From: an uncultured Veillonellaceae bacterium | GTDB taxonomy: Bacteria; Bacillota; Negativicutes; Selenomonadales; Selenomonadaceae | Assembly (NCBI GenBank): GCA_902766015.1 | Contig: CACXCC010000034.1 | Coordinates: 1 to 62,935, forward strand | DNA: 62,935 nt | Direction: 5' to 3' | Shown: positions 9,263 to 19,148 of the stretch, piece by piece | How the letters are laid out: each line of letters opens with the position of its first letter | Numbering within the stretch: position 1 is the stretch's first letter | Made by a program: the position numbers and the translations under genes | Notes under the pieces: generated by a model | The model's database searches: none | Seen by the model: only the letters and a program-made list of their open reading frames with translations | What the model was told of the DNA's origin: nothing

Positions 9263-10483
9263 ATGGCAGAACAGGAACCGTCCCGTACAGCCGGCGGAGA
9301 ACCGGGACACCGCATGTCACAGCGTCAAAAGAAGATCGGCGTCGGCGCTGTCGTCGTCATTTTGCTTTTGGCGTTTTCCGGCTGGCTGCTGCGCGACTAT
9401 ATGGAAACGCATGCGCCGAAACCTGCGCCTGTTGCGGCGGAGGCCGGGATTGTCAACCTGAAAGATGTCATGGAAGCACATCCCGATTATGACCGTCTCA
9501 TCGCGCTGGAGCAGGAACGCAAAACCATGATCCTCGATCTGCGCGATCTCGCACAGGGCCTGCCGGGGGAAAATGATGCGGCGGACGAAACGGACGAAAT
9601 GACCGTCAATCCGCCGGTCGTTGACAGCAAGCCGTTTGACGATTCCGTTTGGCAGAAAAATGCGCAGACCGTTATCGGCGGGCGCATCGAACTCAAACGT
9701 GCGGCGCAGCAGGAAGCCGCTTCGTATGAAGCCGCGACGAAAGCCGATTACGAAGCCCAGAAAAAGGCGATTGACGATGAGTATCTCAATGAGATCCTGA
9801 ACATCAATCTGCGTCTGGACAACGAAAAGGCTATGTACGCGCCGACGACGCCGAAAGATGTGATCGAGAAGAACCGTCAGGAACTTCTCGACCAGCTCGA
9901 AGCACTCAAACAGGAACGCGGAGCCCGTCAGGCCGAACTTTACCGCCAGTGGCAGGCCGAGATTCAGTCTCATGTGAATGAAGTCATGAAGCCGAAGATC
10001 GCCGCGTGGAAAGAAAATGCCGGCAAAGTCAAAGCGCAGCAGCAGGCGGAAGCACTGAATAAACAGACGGCGGCGCAGGCACGCGATGCGGCGGCCATGT
10101 CCGCGGCACTTCAGCAGCAGGCGATGCAGCAGTCGCTCGAGCAGCGCCGCGAAGTCAAAAAACGGGAAATTGAGCTCAAGACGCAGGAAATCCTGAATCT
10201 TGAGAATCATATCCTCAATGATATCGCCGGCGAAGCGGAAAAGGTGGCGATCAACCACCATTTCACCTTGATCCTCGCGACGCCGTCGCAGAATCTCGCG
10301 ACATTTTTCCCGCGAGACCTGCAGCTTACGGTGCCGCAGAAATACTATACGGTTATCGGCGTCTCGACGGAAGATGTCACGGATGAACTCGTGACGGCGA
10401 TGGGAGAACTCAGCGCGTCGGCTGACATCGATAACGAAACGACCTCCGGTGACGTCAACACGGTATCGGGGAATCCGCGATAA
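9263..10483 (+). CDS. membrane-anchored, greatly elongated OmpH/Skp-like coiled-coil protein
   Basis: ATG 9263 (MAEQEP...) follows a GGAGGGAAGG RBS. One N-terminal TM (IGVGAVVVILLLAFSGWLL). The Skp-like head 'GIVNLKDVMEAHPDY' and tail 'KVAINHHFTLILATP...VSTEDVTDELV' are separated by about 280 aa of coiled coil. Confidence 0.6.
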   Translation: MAEQEPSRTAGGEPGHRMSQRQKKIGVGAVVVILLLAFSGWLLRDYMETHAPKPAPVAAEAGIVNLKDVMEAHPDYDRLIALEQERKTMILDLRDLAQGLPGENDAADETDEMTVNPPVVDSKPFDDSVWQKNAQTVIGGRIELKRAAQQEAASYEAATKADYEAQKKAIDDEYLNEILNINLRLDNEKAMYAPTTPKDVIEKNRQELLDQLEALKQERGARQAELYRQWQAEIQSHVNEVMKPKIAAWKENAGKVKAQQQAEALNKQTAAQARDAAAMSAALQQQAMQQSLEQRREVKKREIELKTQEILNLENHILNDIAGEAEKVAINHHFTLILATPSQNLATFFPRDLQLTVPQKYYTVIGVSTEDVTDELVTAMGELSASADIDNETTSGDVNTVSGNPR

Positions 10484-10523
10484 TACCAGTACCACAGGGA
10501 AAAGGAAAGAAGAGATAAACATC

Positions 10524-10961
10524 ATGAAGTTACATAAGAAACCGGCAATCCTTGCCGCAGCGGCATTGATGGCCATGACGCTCATCAGCGGCTGCGGTCA
10601 GGCAAAAATCGGTTATATCGACAGTGAACGCGTCATGCAGGAAAGCCCGCAGATCAAGGCTATTGCGGACGAAGGACAGCAAAAGATCCTCGAAGCCAAG
10701 CAGGATGCGGAAAATCAGCTGACGCAGAATCCGAATTTAACGCAGGAAGAGGCCCAGAAAATTCAGGTTGACGCACAGCGTAAACTGAACGGACTCAACC
10801 AGTCGTACACGATCCAGATCAAGCAGAAACTGGACACGACGCTCGCCGATATTTCGAAGCAGAAGGAATTGGACGTGGTTGTTGACAGCACGGTGGAACA
10901 GCCGGTCGCAATCACGGGCTGCATCGATGTAACGGATGATGTAATTCAGAAGCTGCAGTAA
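10524..10961 (+). CDS. OmpH/Skp-family chaperone, lipoprotein form
   Basis: ATG 10524. Lipobox 'MTLISGC'. Skp-like 'KIGYIDSERVMQESPQIK' start and '...ELDVVVDSTVEQPVAITGCIDVTDDVIQKL' end. Confidence 0.8.
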   Translation: MKLHKKPAILAAAALMAMTLISGCGQAKIGYIDSERVMQESPQIKAIADEGQQKILEAKQDAENQLTQNPNLTQEEAQKIQVDAQRKLNGLNQSYTIQIKQKLDTTLADISKQKELDVVVDSTVEQPVAITGCIDVTDDVIQKLQ

Positions 10962-10979
10962 TATAAGGAGCGGAGAACG

Positions 10980-11996
10980 ATGAAAAAGACTTTGCAGGAA
11001 CTGGCCGACTGCGTCGGCGGACGCGTCGAGGGTGACGGCAGCATCGAAATTCACGGCCTTGACAATATCGAGGGCGCAGGTGAACATGACCTGACATTTG
11101 CCGTACCGCCGCACATTGATGAAGCGAAGGAATGTCAGGCGGGGGCCGTCATGCTGCCGAAAGACGCCGGCGAATTCCCGAAACCGGCTCTTTACGTAGA
11201 TGATCCGCGTGCGGCGTTTGCGAAGCTTCTCGAGCTTTTTGCGCCGAAACTCAACATCCCGCAGGAGATCAGCAATGAGGCGCATATCGGTCAGGATGTC
11301 AAACTCGGTAAAGACGTCACGATTATGCCGTTTGCCGTCATTGATGACCACGTCGTCATCGGCGATCGCGCCGTCATCTATCCGCATACCTATATCGGCC
11401 AATATGTCGAAGTCGGCGAGGATACGGTCATTTATTCGAATGTCACGGTCCGTGAACACTGCCGCATCGGTAACCGCTGCGTCATTCAACCGTCTGCCGT
11501 TATCGGCTCCGACGGATTCGGCTTTACGACAAAAGACGGCGTGCATACGAAAGTGCCGCAGGTCGGCAATGTCGTCATCGAAGATGACGTCGAAATCGGA
11601 TCCCATGACGGGATCGACCGTGCCGCGATGGGTTCGACGGTCATCGGTCACGGGACGAAGATCGACAACCTCGTCCATATCGGCCATAACTGCAAAATCG
11701 GCCCGAACTGCCTCATCGTTGCACAGACCGGTATTTCCGGTTCGACACAGGTCGGACATAACGTCACGTTCGGCGGACAGGTCGGCACGGTCGGCCATAT
11801 CAAGATCGGCGCGAACTCCGTTTACGCCGCTCGTTCCGGTATCATCGGCAATATGCCGGAAGGTGTATTCTGCGCCGGCTTCCCGGTACAAACCCACGTC
11901 GAATGGCTGCGTATGCAGGCCGCGATGAAACATCTGCCGGAAATGCACAAAAAGCTGAAACAGCTCGAACGCAAACTTGCGCAGCGTGAGAAATAA
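10980..11996 (+). CDS. lpxD: UDP-3-O-acylglucosamine N-acyltransferase
   Basis: 338 aa. LpxD N-terminal domain followed by a long hexapeptide-repeat LbH region ('IGSDGFGF', '[13 protein letters not shown]', 'IGHNCKIG'). Confidence 0.93.
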   Translation: MKKTLQELADCVGGRVEGDGSIEIHGLDNIEGAGEHDLTFAVPPHIDEAKECQAGAVMLPKDAGEFPKPALYVDDPRAAFAKLLELFAPKLNIPQEISNEAHIGQDVKLGKDVTIMPFAVIDDHVVIGDRAVIYPHTYIGQYVEVGEDTVIYSNVTVREHCRIGNRCVIQPSAVIGSDGFGFTTKDGVHTKVPQVGNVVIEDDVEIGSHDGIDRAAMGSTVIGHGTKIDNLVHIGHNCKIGPNCLIVAQTGISGSTQVGHNVTFGGQVGTVGHIKIGANSVYAARSGIIGNMPEGVFCAGFPVQTHVEWLRMQAAMKHLPEMHKKLKQLERKLAQREK

Positions 11997-12010
11997 ATCG
12001 GCAAAACCGG

Positions 12011-12038
12011 TTCCCCCCTCTGCGGGGGAATTTTTTTT
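12011..12038 (+). terminator. intrinsic terminator after lpxD
   Basis: TTCCCCC-ctctgc-GGGGGAA followed by T8. Confidence 0.8.
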
Positions 12039-12062
12039 AGAAATCTGCAGGAGGGGATAGGA

Positions 12063-12932
12063 TTGATTTCGTATCATCTGGTCAAGGCACTGAGCTGGAT
12101 CGTCTGTCATTTGCCGGCGGGGGTCTGCGAGGTCCTCGGACGTATACTCGGCGCACTTTGCTGGCCGCTTGTACCGAAACGCCGGAAAGTCATGGCACGT
12201 GACAACATCCGCCGCTGCCTCGGCGTGTCGGAGGAAGAGGCAAACCGCATCGCCAAAGCGAGCTCCGTGCGTTTCGGGCCGATGCTCTTTGAGGTACTCC
12301 GGTTTCCGATTATCAAGGATCACATTGACGATTATGTCAAACTCGAAGGTGCCGTCGATGCCATGCGCGAAGCCGTCAAAGCGGGGAAAGGCGCGATCAT
12401 CTCGGCATCGCATACAGGCAACTGGGAACTCATGGGCGGTGCGTTCGCGCAGAACGGGTTTCCGCTCGTCGGTGTCGCAATGAAACAGAAAGCCTCGGGC
12501 ATGGACCGGTTCATCAACGAATACCGTACGATGATCGGCATGCACATCACGTATAAAACGGGCGTCCGCGAAATGTACAAAATGCTCAGTGACGGCTGGA
12601 TTATCGGGCTCATCATGGATCAGGATACGAGCCGCCGCAACGGCATCATTCTTGACTTCTTCAATCAGCCGACGAACTGCGTCACGGGTGCGGCATCGAT
12701 GGCGCGTTTCGATCAGGTTCCGATTTTCCCGGCGTTCATGCATCGTCAGCCGGACGGGACGCACATTTTGCACATTGACCCGCCGGTCATTGTCGAGCGG
12801 ACAAAAGATAAACGCGAAGATATCCGTCGCACGACGCAGATCCTCACGAAACGCATCGAGGACGACGTACGCGCATATCCCGAGGACTGGTTCTGGCTTC
12901 ATGACCGTTGGAAATCCATGCGCGAAGAGTAA
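12063..12932 (+). CDS. lipid A biosynthesis late acyltransferase (LpxL/HtrB family), copy 1
   Basis: 289 aa with an N-terminal hydrophobic anchor. 'SASHTGNWELMG' matches the HX4D/E acyltransferase motif context, and the C-terminus has 'YPEDWFWLHDRWK'. Confidence 0.78.
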   Translation: MISYHLVKALSWIVCHLPAGVCEVLGRILGALCWPLVPKRRKVMARDNIRRCLGVSEEEANRIAKASSVRFGPMLFEVLRFPIIKDHIDDYVKLEGAVDAMREAVKAGKGAIISASHTGNWELMGGAFAQNGFPLVGVAMKQKASGMDRFINEYRTMIGMHITYKTGVREMYKMLSDGWIIGLIMDQDTSRRNGIILDFFNQPTNCVTGAASMARFDQVPIFPAFMHRQPDGTHILHIDPPVIVERTKDKREDIRRTTQILTKRIEDDVRAYPEDWFWLHDRWKSMREE

Positions 12933-12935
12933 CGC

Positions 12936-12964
12936 TTGCATCAAGTCGGAATGTCTTGTAAAAT
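12936..12964 (+). promoter_or_regulatory. candidate promoter upstream of lpxC
   Basis: TTGCAT, 17 nt, then TAAAAT. Confidence 0.45.
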
Positions 12965-12991
12965 AGAACAAGGTGTTACAAAGCAGGAGGA

Positions 12992-13831
12992 ATGAATTTG
13001 CAGAATCAGATTACCCTGGCAGCAGAAACTTCCTATACCGGCGTCGGACTGCATTCCGGCCGGGATGTACATATGGTGCTGAAACCGGCACCGGTCGATA
13101 CGGGGATCGTCTTTGTACGTACGGACTTGCCGGATCGCGTCAAGGTGCACGCAAAAGCGCAGAATGTCACGTCAACGCTGCGTGCGACGACTGTAGAAGA
13201 GAACGGCTGCAAAATATTTACCATTGAGCATCTGATGAGTGCGTTTCACGCGCTCCGCATCGATAACTGTTATGTCGAAATGGACTCGGAAGAACCGCCG
13301 GTTGCAGACGGGGCTTCGCTGACATTTTTCGACCTGATGCAGAGTGCCGGGCTCCGGGAACAGGATAAGCCGCGCCGCGAGATCGTCATCGACCGCGTTT
13401 TCCGCGTGGACGACGACAAGAAGAATCGGTTCGTCATGGTACTTCCGTACGACGGATTCCGCGTCAGCTTTACCTCCGTCAACCCGCACAAACTCATCGG
13501 CATCCAGTATGAAAATTTTGACGTCACGCCGGAAACGTACCGGCAGGACATCGCGCCGGCGCGTACGATCGCGTACGAGCAGGAAATCGAAGCCCTGCGG
13601 AAAATGGGACTCGGACTCGGCGGTACGATCGAGAATGTCATTGTCTACAACGATGACGGCTGGCTGAATCCGCTCCATTTTGACGATGAGCTCGTCCGCC
13701 ATAAGATTCTTGACGTCATCGGCGACCTGCGGCTCGTCGGCCCGATCCGCGGCCACGTCATCGCCGTTGCCTCGAGTCATGCCCTCAACACGAAACTTGC
13801 GAAGCAGATTGCCGAAGCTATGGGCAATTAA
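12992..13831 (+). CDS. lpxC: UDP-3-O-acyl-N-acetylglucosamine deacetylase
   Basis: 279 aa. Motifs 'GVGLHSG', 'TIEHLMSAF', 'ELVRHKILDVIGDL' and 'SSHALN'. AGGAGG RBS. Confidence 0.95.
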   Translation: MNLQNQITLAAETSYTGVGLHSGRDVHMVLKPAPVDTGIVFVRTDLPDRVKVHAKAQNVTSTLRATTVEENGCKIFTIEHLMSAFHALRIDNCYVEMDSEEPPVADGASLTFFDLMQSAGLREQDKPRREIVIDRVFRVDDDKKNRFVMVLPYDGFRVSFTSVNPHKLIGIQYENFDVTPETYRQDIAPARTIAYEQEIEALRKMGLGLGGTIENVIVYNDDGWLNPLHFDDELVRHKILDVIGDLRLVGPIRGHVIAVASSHALNTKLAKQIAEAMGN

Positions 13832-13860
13832 AACCGAATGAACAGGAAGAAGGAGACACT

Positions 13861-14301
13861 ATGGTATTAGACATCAACGAAATCCAAAAAATCCTGCCGC
13901 ATCGTCCGCCGATGCTGCTCGTAGACCGCATCATTGAGCTGGATCCGTTCAAATCGGCAACCGGCATCAAAAACATCACGATGAATGAGCCGCAGTTTCG
14001 CGGTCATTTTCCGGGTCAACCGATCATGCCGGGCGTCCTGATCCTCGAAGCCATGGCTCAGGTCGGCGGCGTTGCCATGCTTTATCCGGAGGAACACCGC
14101 GGCAAAATCGCGCTCTTCGGCGGCATGGAACATGTCAAATTCAAACATCCGGTTGTCCCGGGCGACCAGCTCGTCACGAAGGCTCAGCTCGTCCGTGTCC
14201 GCGGTGATTTCGGCCTGCTCCACTGCGACGGGTACGTCGATGACAAACTCGTAGCCTCCGCTGATTTTAAGTTTGCCCTGAAAAAGAACGATAACTTATG
14301 A
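13861..14301 (+). CDS. fabZ: 3-hydroxyacyl-ACP dehydratase FabZ
   Basis: 146 aa. Motifs 'ILPHRPPMLLVDRI', 'FRGHFPGQPIMPGVLILEAMAQ'. Confidence 0.95.
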   Translation: MVLDINEIQKILPHRPPMLLVDRIIELDPFKSATGIKNITMNEPQFRGHFPGQPIMPGVLILEAMAQVGGVAMLYPEEHRGKIALFGGMEHVKFKHPVVPGDQLVTKAQLVRVRGDFGLLHCDGYVDDKLVASADFKFALKKNDNL

Positions 14302-14490
14302 TTTCCACTTAATTCTGCCTGAAAATGGGAGATAGTCTTTGTTCAACTCGAAAAACGCCTGGATTTGCTGTCATATCCGATGAGAGACTTGGAAGTTTAT
14401 TTAGGAGTATAAAATAAAAGGACAGAGCAAAGCACCTGACCTGCGGGTCAGCCATATCAGCAATAGAGGAAGTTGAAGGAGTTGGAAAGA

Positions 14491-15309
14491 ATGAGTGCAG
14501 ACAACAAAGTCGTTGCCTTTATCCATAATACAGCCGTCGTTTCACCGAGTGCCCGGATCGGCAAAAATGTCGAAATCGGACCGTATGCGGTCATCGGCGA
14601 CCATGTTGAGATCGGCGACGGGACAAAAATCGGCCCGCATGCCGTGATCCATGACTATACGACAATCGGCAAGGACTGTCATATCTTTCAGAGCGCCTCG
14701 GTCGGTGAAGTACCGCAGGATCTGAAATTCAAGGGTGAAGTCAGTTATACCGTCATCGGCGACCGTACGTCGATCCGTGAGTTCGCGACGATTCACCGCG
14801 CAACAGGCGAAGGCGAAGTCACGCGTATCGGTGATGACTGCCTGCTCATGGCCTATACGCATGTCGCGCACAACTGCGTACTCGGCAACCGCATTATTAT
14901 GAGCAATGCCGCGATGATCGCGGGACACGGCATCATCGAAGACCGTGCCGTTATCGGCGGCATGGCCGGGATTCATCAGTTTGTCAAAATCGGCCGCAAC
15001 GCGATGGTCGGCGGCCTGAGTAAACTCGTTCAGGACGTTGTACCGTACACGATCGTTGACGGACGTCCGGCTAAAGCCGTCGGACTGAACAGTGTCGGCA
15101 TTTCGCGTGCGGGTATTCCGCTCGAGTCGCGCCGCAATATCAAAAAAGCATATAAAATTCTCTACCGTTCCGGCCTGAACGTCACGCAGGCCATTGCCGT
15201 CATTGAACAGGAAGTCGATTCCTGTGAAGAAGTCGATCATTTCCTGCGTTTCCTCCGCAACGCGGAGCGCGGTATCTGCCGTGAACGCCGGGAGTCGGAA
15301 GACCGTTAA
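14491..15309 (+). CDS. lpxA: acyl-ACP--UDP-N-acetylglucosamine O-acyltransferase
   Basis: ATG 14491 sits 8 nt after an AAGGAG RBS (the ORF track starts at 14473). Hexapeptide repeats and 'NSVGISRAG' in the C-terminal helical domain. Confidence 0.92.
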   Translation: MSADNKVVAFIHNTAVVSPSARIGKNVEIGPYAVIGDHVEIGDGTKIGPHAVIHDYTTIGKDCHIFQSASVGEVPQDLKFKGEVSYTVIGDRTSIREFATIHRATGEGEVTRIGDDCLLMAYTHVAHNCVLGNRIIMSNAAMIAGHGIIEDRAVIGGMAGIHQFVKIGRNAMVGGLSKLVQDVVPYTIVDGRPAKAVGLNSVGISRAGIPLESRRNIKKAYKILYRSGLNVTQAIAVIEQEVDSCEEVDHFLRFLRNAERGICRERRESEDR

Positions 15310-15325
15310 ATCGGAGGGATCATTC

Positions 15326-16129
15326 ATGGAAAAAGTTGCCCTGCTTGCCGGTGCGGGTCACCTGCCGGTCGAGTTTGCCGGTGCGGCACGTATGCTCGGG
15401 TATGAAGTTTACGCCGTAGCCCTGCTGCCGGACACGGATCAGGATCTCAAGAAAGCCGCCGCTCATTATACGGAAATCAGCATCGCGCATCTTGACGCGA
15501 TTCTGACGTACCTGAAGGAAAACGGCATCACGAAGGCGACCATGCTCGGCAAGGTCACGAAGGAAATGCTCTTTGCCGGCAAGGTCATGCCGGATGCGCG
15601 TCTGATGCAGCTCATTCTTTCGCTGCCGGACCGCAAAGATGACACGATTATGATGATGTTCGTCCGCGAACTCGCGAAAATCGGCGTTCAGGCATTTGAC
15701 CAGACGGTTCTTATCCGTAAACTCATGCCGCATCGCGGCGTTTTGACGAAACGTCAGCCGACGGAAGACGAGCGTCAGGATATGGAGTTCGGACTCACGA
15801 TGGCGCGCGAACTCGGCCGATTGGATGTCGGTCAGACCGTTGTCGTCAAAAACCGTGCGGTTATGGCGCTCGAAGCGATCGAAGGAACGGATGCCTGCAT
15901 TCGTCGCGGCGGCGAACTCGCCCGCGGCGGCGCTGTTGTCGTCAAAGCGGCCAAACCGCAGCAGGACAATCGGTTTGACGTTCCGGCGGTCGGCCTGAAA
16001 ACGCTCGAAACGATGGTGGAAACCGGCGCTTCGGCTTTGGCGATTGAAGCGGATAAAACGCTGCTTGTTGACCGTGAACGGGTCATTGCTTTGGCAGAAG
16101 CCAACAATATTACGATTGCAGCGATCTAA
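15326..16129 (+). CDS. lpxI: UDP-2,3-diacylglucosamine diphosphatase LpxI (DUF1009)
   Basis: ATG 15326 after a GGAGGG RBS. 'VALLAGAGHLP', 'DVGQTVVVKNRAVMALEAIEGTDACIRRGG' and 'RFDVPAVG' are typical of LpxI. It lies between lpxA and lpxB. Confidence 0.8.
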   Translation: MEKVALLAGAGHLPVEFAGAARMLGYEVYAVALLPDTDQDLKKAAAHYTEISIAHLDAILTYLKENGITKATMLGKVTKEMLFAGKVMPDARLMQLILSLPDRKDDTIMMMFVRELAKIGVQAFDQTVLIRKLMPHRGVLTKRQPTEDERQDMEFGLTMARELGRLDVGQTVVVKNRAVMALEAIEGTDACIRRGGELARGGAVVVKAAKPQQDNRFDVPAVGLKTLETMVETGASALAIEADKTLLVDRERVIALAEANNITIAAI

Positions 16130-16240
16130 CGGAGACTCTCGGAGACGCGGCGGATACGTGAGGTGTCCACGCGTCTCTTTCATGTAACGGCACAGGCACG
16201 GATTGACCGATAACGGATTGACGGTAAAGGAGGCAGGCCG

Positions 16241-17416
16241 ATGAAGATCATGTTGTCCGCCGGTGAAGTTTCCGGCGATATGCACGGCGCCATGCTCGCG
16301 CAAAGTATCAACCAACTGCGTCCGGGAACGGAGCTCATCGGTTTCGGCGGCGCGCGTATGGAACGGGAAGGCGTACGGCTTTGCCGCAATTTTGCCGATT
16401 TTAATGTTATGGGCGTCTGGGAAGTCATCAAGAATCTCGGGCGTATCCGTCAACTGCTCGCCGACCTGACGGAGTTTATGCGCCGGGAAAAACCGGATCT
16501 GCTCGTGCTCATCGATTATCCGGATTTCAACTGGCGCCTCGCGAAACAGGCGCGCCGGTTGGGGATTCCCGTTTTTTCGTATATTCCGCCGTCGGCGTGG
16601 GCATGGCGGAAAGGCCGCGCGGCTGACTGCGCGAAGATCGCTGAAGAATTCGTCGTGATTTTCCCGCACGAAATGGAGCCGTACCGTAACGCGGGCGCGC
16701 ATGTCGCGTTTGTCGGCAATCCGCTCGTCGATACGGTCAAACCGGAACTAACGCCCGAGGAAGCGCGCAAGTGGTTTGACGTACGCGAGGACGAAACGCT
16801 CGTCTTGCTGCTCCCCGGAAGCCGGCGTCAGGAAATTGAACTGCTTCTTCCCGCGATGCTCGGTGCGGCAAAACTCTTAAAACAGGAACGTCCGGATATC
16901 CGGTTCTTTCTGCCGGTTGCCGACGGCGTCGACGAAGCGCGGATCCGCGAACTCGTCAACGCATCCGGCGTGACGGTGACACTCACGCACGAAAACCGGT
17001 ATGCGCTCATGCATATCGCGGACGTGGCACTCGCAACATCCGGAACGGTCGTCATGGAGGCCGCGCTTTTAGCGCTTCCGTGTGTCGTTCTTTACCGGCT
17101 GTCAACCCTTTCGTATATGGTCGGACGCGTTCTCGTCCACATCGACCGGTTCAGTCTGCCGAATATTCTGGTCGGGGAAACGTTCGAGCCGGAACTTTTG
17201 CAGGATGAAGTCGAACCGCACCGCATTGCGCGCGAAGCACTGCTCATGTGCCGCGGCGGACGCAGACGTCAAGAAGTCATGGAAAAACTCGATACAGCCT
17301 GTCGATATTTGGGGCCGCCGGGCGCAGCAGACCGCATCGCGGGACGTATTTTAGCGGCTGCAGAACATCACGCCGGAAAACAGATTCAAGCGGGGGAACG
17401 TTATGAAAAATTATAA
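16241..17416 (+). CDS. lpxB: lipid-A-disaccharide synthase
   Basis: 391 aa. Motifs 'MLSAGEVSGD', 'LIDYPDFNWRLAK' and 'ATSGTVVMEAALL'. Confidence 0.9.
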   Translation: MKIMLSAGEVSGDMHGAMLAQSINQLRPGTELIGFGGARMEREGVRLCRNFADFNVMGVWEVIKNLGRIRQLLADLTEFMRREKPDLLVLIDYPDFNWRLAKQARRLGIPVFSYIPPSAWAWRKGRAADCAKIAEEFVVIFPHEMEPYRNAGAHVAFVGNPLVDTVKPELTPEEARKWFDVREDETLVLLLPGSRRQEIELLLPAMLGAAKLLKQERPDIRFFLPVADGVDEARIRELVNASGVTVTLTHENRYALMHIADVALATSGTVVMEAALLALPCVVLYRLSTLSYMVGRVLVHIDRFSLPNILVGETFEPELLQDEVEPHRIAREALLMCRGGRRRQEVMEKLDTACRYLGPPGAADRIAGRILAAAEHHAGKQIQAGERYEKL

Positions 17417-19133
17417 GCGGCTGCTTCAATATATCCGGCCGTATTTAAAACAGTTGGGACTGGCGATCATCTGCATTGTGCTTGCGGCTGCCGCCAACCT
17501 TTACGTACCTTGGATCATCAAAGACATGATCGACCAGGTGCTTTCGGACAAAAATATGGCCCTGCTGAATGTCATTGCGATCGGCATCGTCGTCGTCTTC
17601 TTTTTCCGCGGGATTTTCTACTACGGACAATCGTACCTCGTTTCGTATATCGGACAGAAAGTCATCATCGACGTGCGCGAAGTCATGTTCCGCAAGTTCC
17701 AGCGCATGCCGATGGCCTATTTTGACCGTCATCAGACCGGCGAGACGATGAGTTATATCACAAACGACGTCGCCGCGATCCAGTCGGCCCTCGTCGACCA
17801 GCTCATCGAGTTCGTCACGGAAACGTCGATCCTCATCGGTTCGATCGTCATGATGGTCTACCTCGACTGGAAATTATCGCTTTTGACGCTTGTGATCATC
17901 CCGCTCGTCGGGCAGGCTATGAAGATTTTCGGCCGCAAGATCAAGCGCAACGGTACGGTCATTCAGGAACGCATGGCGGATATCACGTCTCTGCTGCAGG
18001 AAAGCATTTCCTCGATCCGTGTCGTCAAGTCCTTCGTACGCGAGAAATACGAGATCGACCGTTTCCAGCGTCAGAACGAACTCAACTTCCAGGCGGCGAT
18101 GAAAAACGTCCAGTTGACGAGTCTCCTCACGCCGACGGTAGAATTCCTCGCGGCGATCGCCGTCACGTTCATCGTTTGGTTCGGCGGTTACGAAGTCATC
18201 AACGGCGAAATCACGGCCGGCGCACTCATTGCGTTTTTGACCTATGCGATCAACCTCGCCAACCCGGTCAAACGTCTCTCGCGTCTTTACGGCAACCTGC
18301 AGAAAGCGATGGCCGCTGTTGACCGTGTTTTCCACATCATCGACCTCGAAGAGACGATCCGCGATAAGAAGGACGCGATCGAACTGCCGCAGATTCAGGG
18401 GCATGTGACGCTCGATCATGTCACCTTCGAATACAAAAAAGGCGTTCCGGCGCTTCAGGACGTGTCACTTGAAGTCAAACCGGGCGAAATGGTCGCCTTT
18501 GTCGGCCCGAGCGGCGCCGGCAAGTCGACGATCGCCAACCTGATCCCGCGTTTTTACGAGATCACGGGCGGCTCGATTGCGATTGACGGTCACGACATCC
18601 GCGACGTCACGCTCGCATCCCTGCGCGGACAGATCGGTATCGTGCCGCAGGAAACGATGCTTTTTTCGACGAGCGTGCGCGAAAATATCCGCTACGGACG
18701 ACTTGACGCGACGGATGAAGAAGTCGAAGCCGCGGCGAAAGCGGCAAATGCCGACGCGTTTATCCGTAATCTGCCTCAGGGATATGACACGCAGATCGGC
18801 GAACGCGGCATGAACCTTTCGGGCGGTCAGCGTCAGCGTATGGCGATCGCACGCGCGATCCTCAAAAATCCGCGCGTCCTGATCCTCGACGAGGCAACGT
18901 CGGCCCTGGACACGGAAAGCGAAAAAATCGTGCAGAAGGCACTCGATGACCTCATGGTCGGACGTACGTCCTTTGTCATCGCGCACCGTCTGTCGACGAT
19001 TTTTAACGCCAATCAGATTTATGTCATCGATCACGGCCGTATCATCGAGCACGGGACCCACGAGGAATTGCTCGAAAAAGGCGGCCTTTACAGTCATTTA
19101 TACAACATTCAGTTCAAGAAAACGGAAGCGTAA
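17403..19133 (+). CDS. msbA: lipid A export ABC transporter permease/ATPase MsbA
   Basis: 576 aa. Six-TM exporter domain, Walker A 'GPSGAGKST', signature 'LSGGQRQR' and Walker B 'ILILDEATS'. It overlaps the lpxB stop by 14 nt. Confidence 0.85.
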   Translation: MKNYKRLLQYIRPYLKQLGLAIICIVLAAAANLYVPWIIKDMIDQVLSDKNMALLNVIAIGIVVVFFFRGIFYYGQSYLVSYIGQKVIIDVREVMFRKFQRMPMAYFDRHQTGETMSYITNDVAAIQSALVDQLIEFVTETSILIGSIVMMVYLDWKLSLLTLVIIPLVGQAMKIFGRKIKRNGTVIQERMADITSLLQESISSIRVVKSFVREKYEIDRFQRQNELNFQAAMKNVQLTSLLTPTVEFLAAIAVTFIVWFGGYEVINGEITAGALIAFLTYAINLANPVKRLSRLYGNLQKAMAAVDRVFHIIDLEETIRDKKDAIELPQIQGHVTLDHVTFEYKKGVPALQDVSLEVKPGEMVAFVGPSGAGKSTIANLIPRFYEITGGSIAIDGHDIRDVTLASLRGQIGIVPQETMLFSTSVRENIRYGRLDATDEEVEAAAKAANADAFIRNLPQGYDTQIGERGMNLSGGQRQRMAIARAILKNPRVLILDEATSALDTESEKIVQKALDDLMVGRTSFVIAHRLSTIFNANQIYVIDHGRIIEHGTHEELLEKGGLYSHLYNIQFKKTEA

Positions 19134-19148
19134 CGGAAGGGGAGAGCC

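Noticed and set aside
10737-12971. 744-aa minus-strand ORF spanning skp-lpxD-lpxL
   Set aside because: It crosses two intergenic regions and a strong + strand terminator, and it lies antisense to unmistakable lpxD. Its composition is Arg/Asp-rich nonsense. The same reasoning applies to 15320-16702, 27751-29148, 45602-46771 and 55883-56953.
14325-14417. 30-codon ORF (MGDSLCSTRKTPGFAVISDERLGSLFRSIK) in the fabZ-lpxA spacer
   Set aside because: No RBS precedes the ATG, and there is no hydrophobic or Cys-rich pattern suggesting a functional micropeptide.
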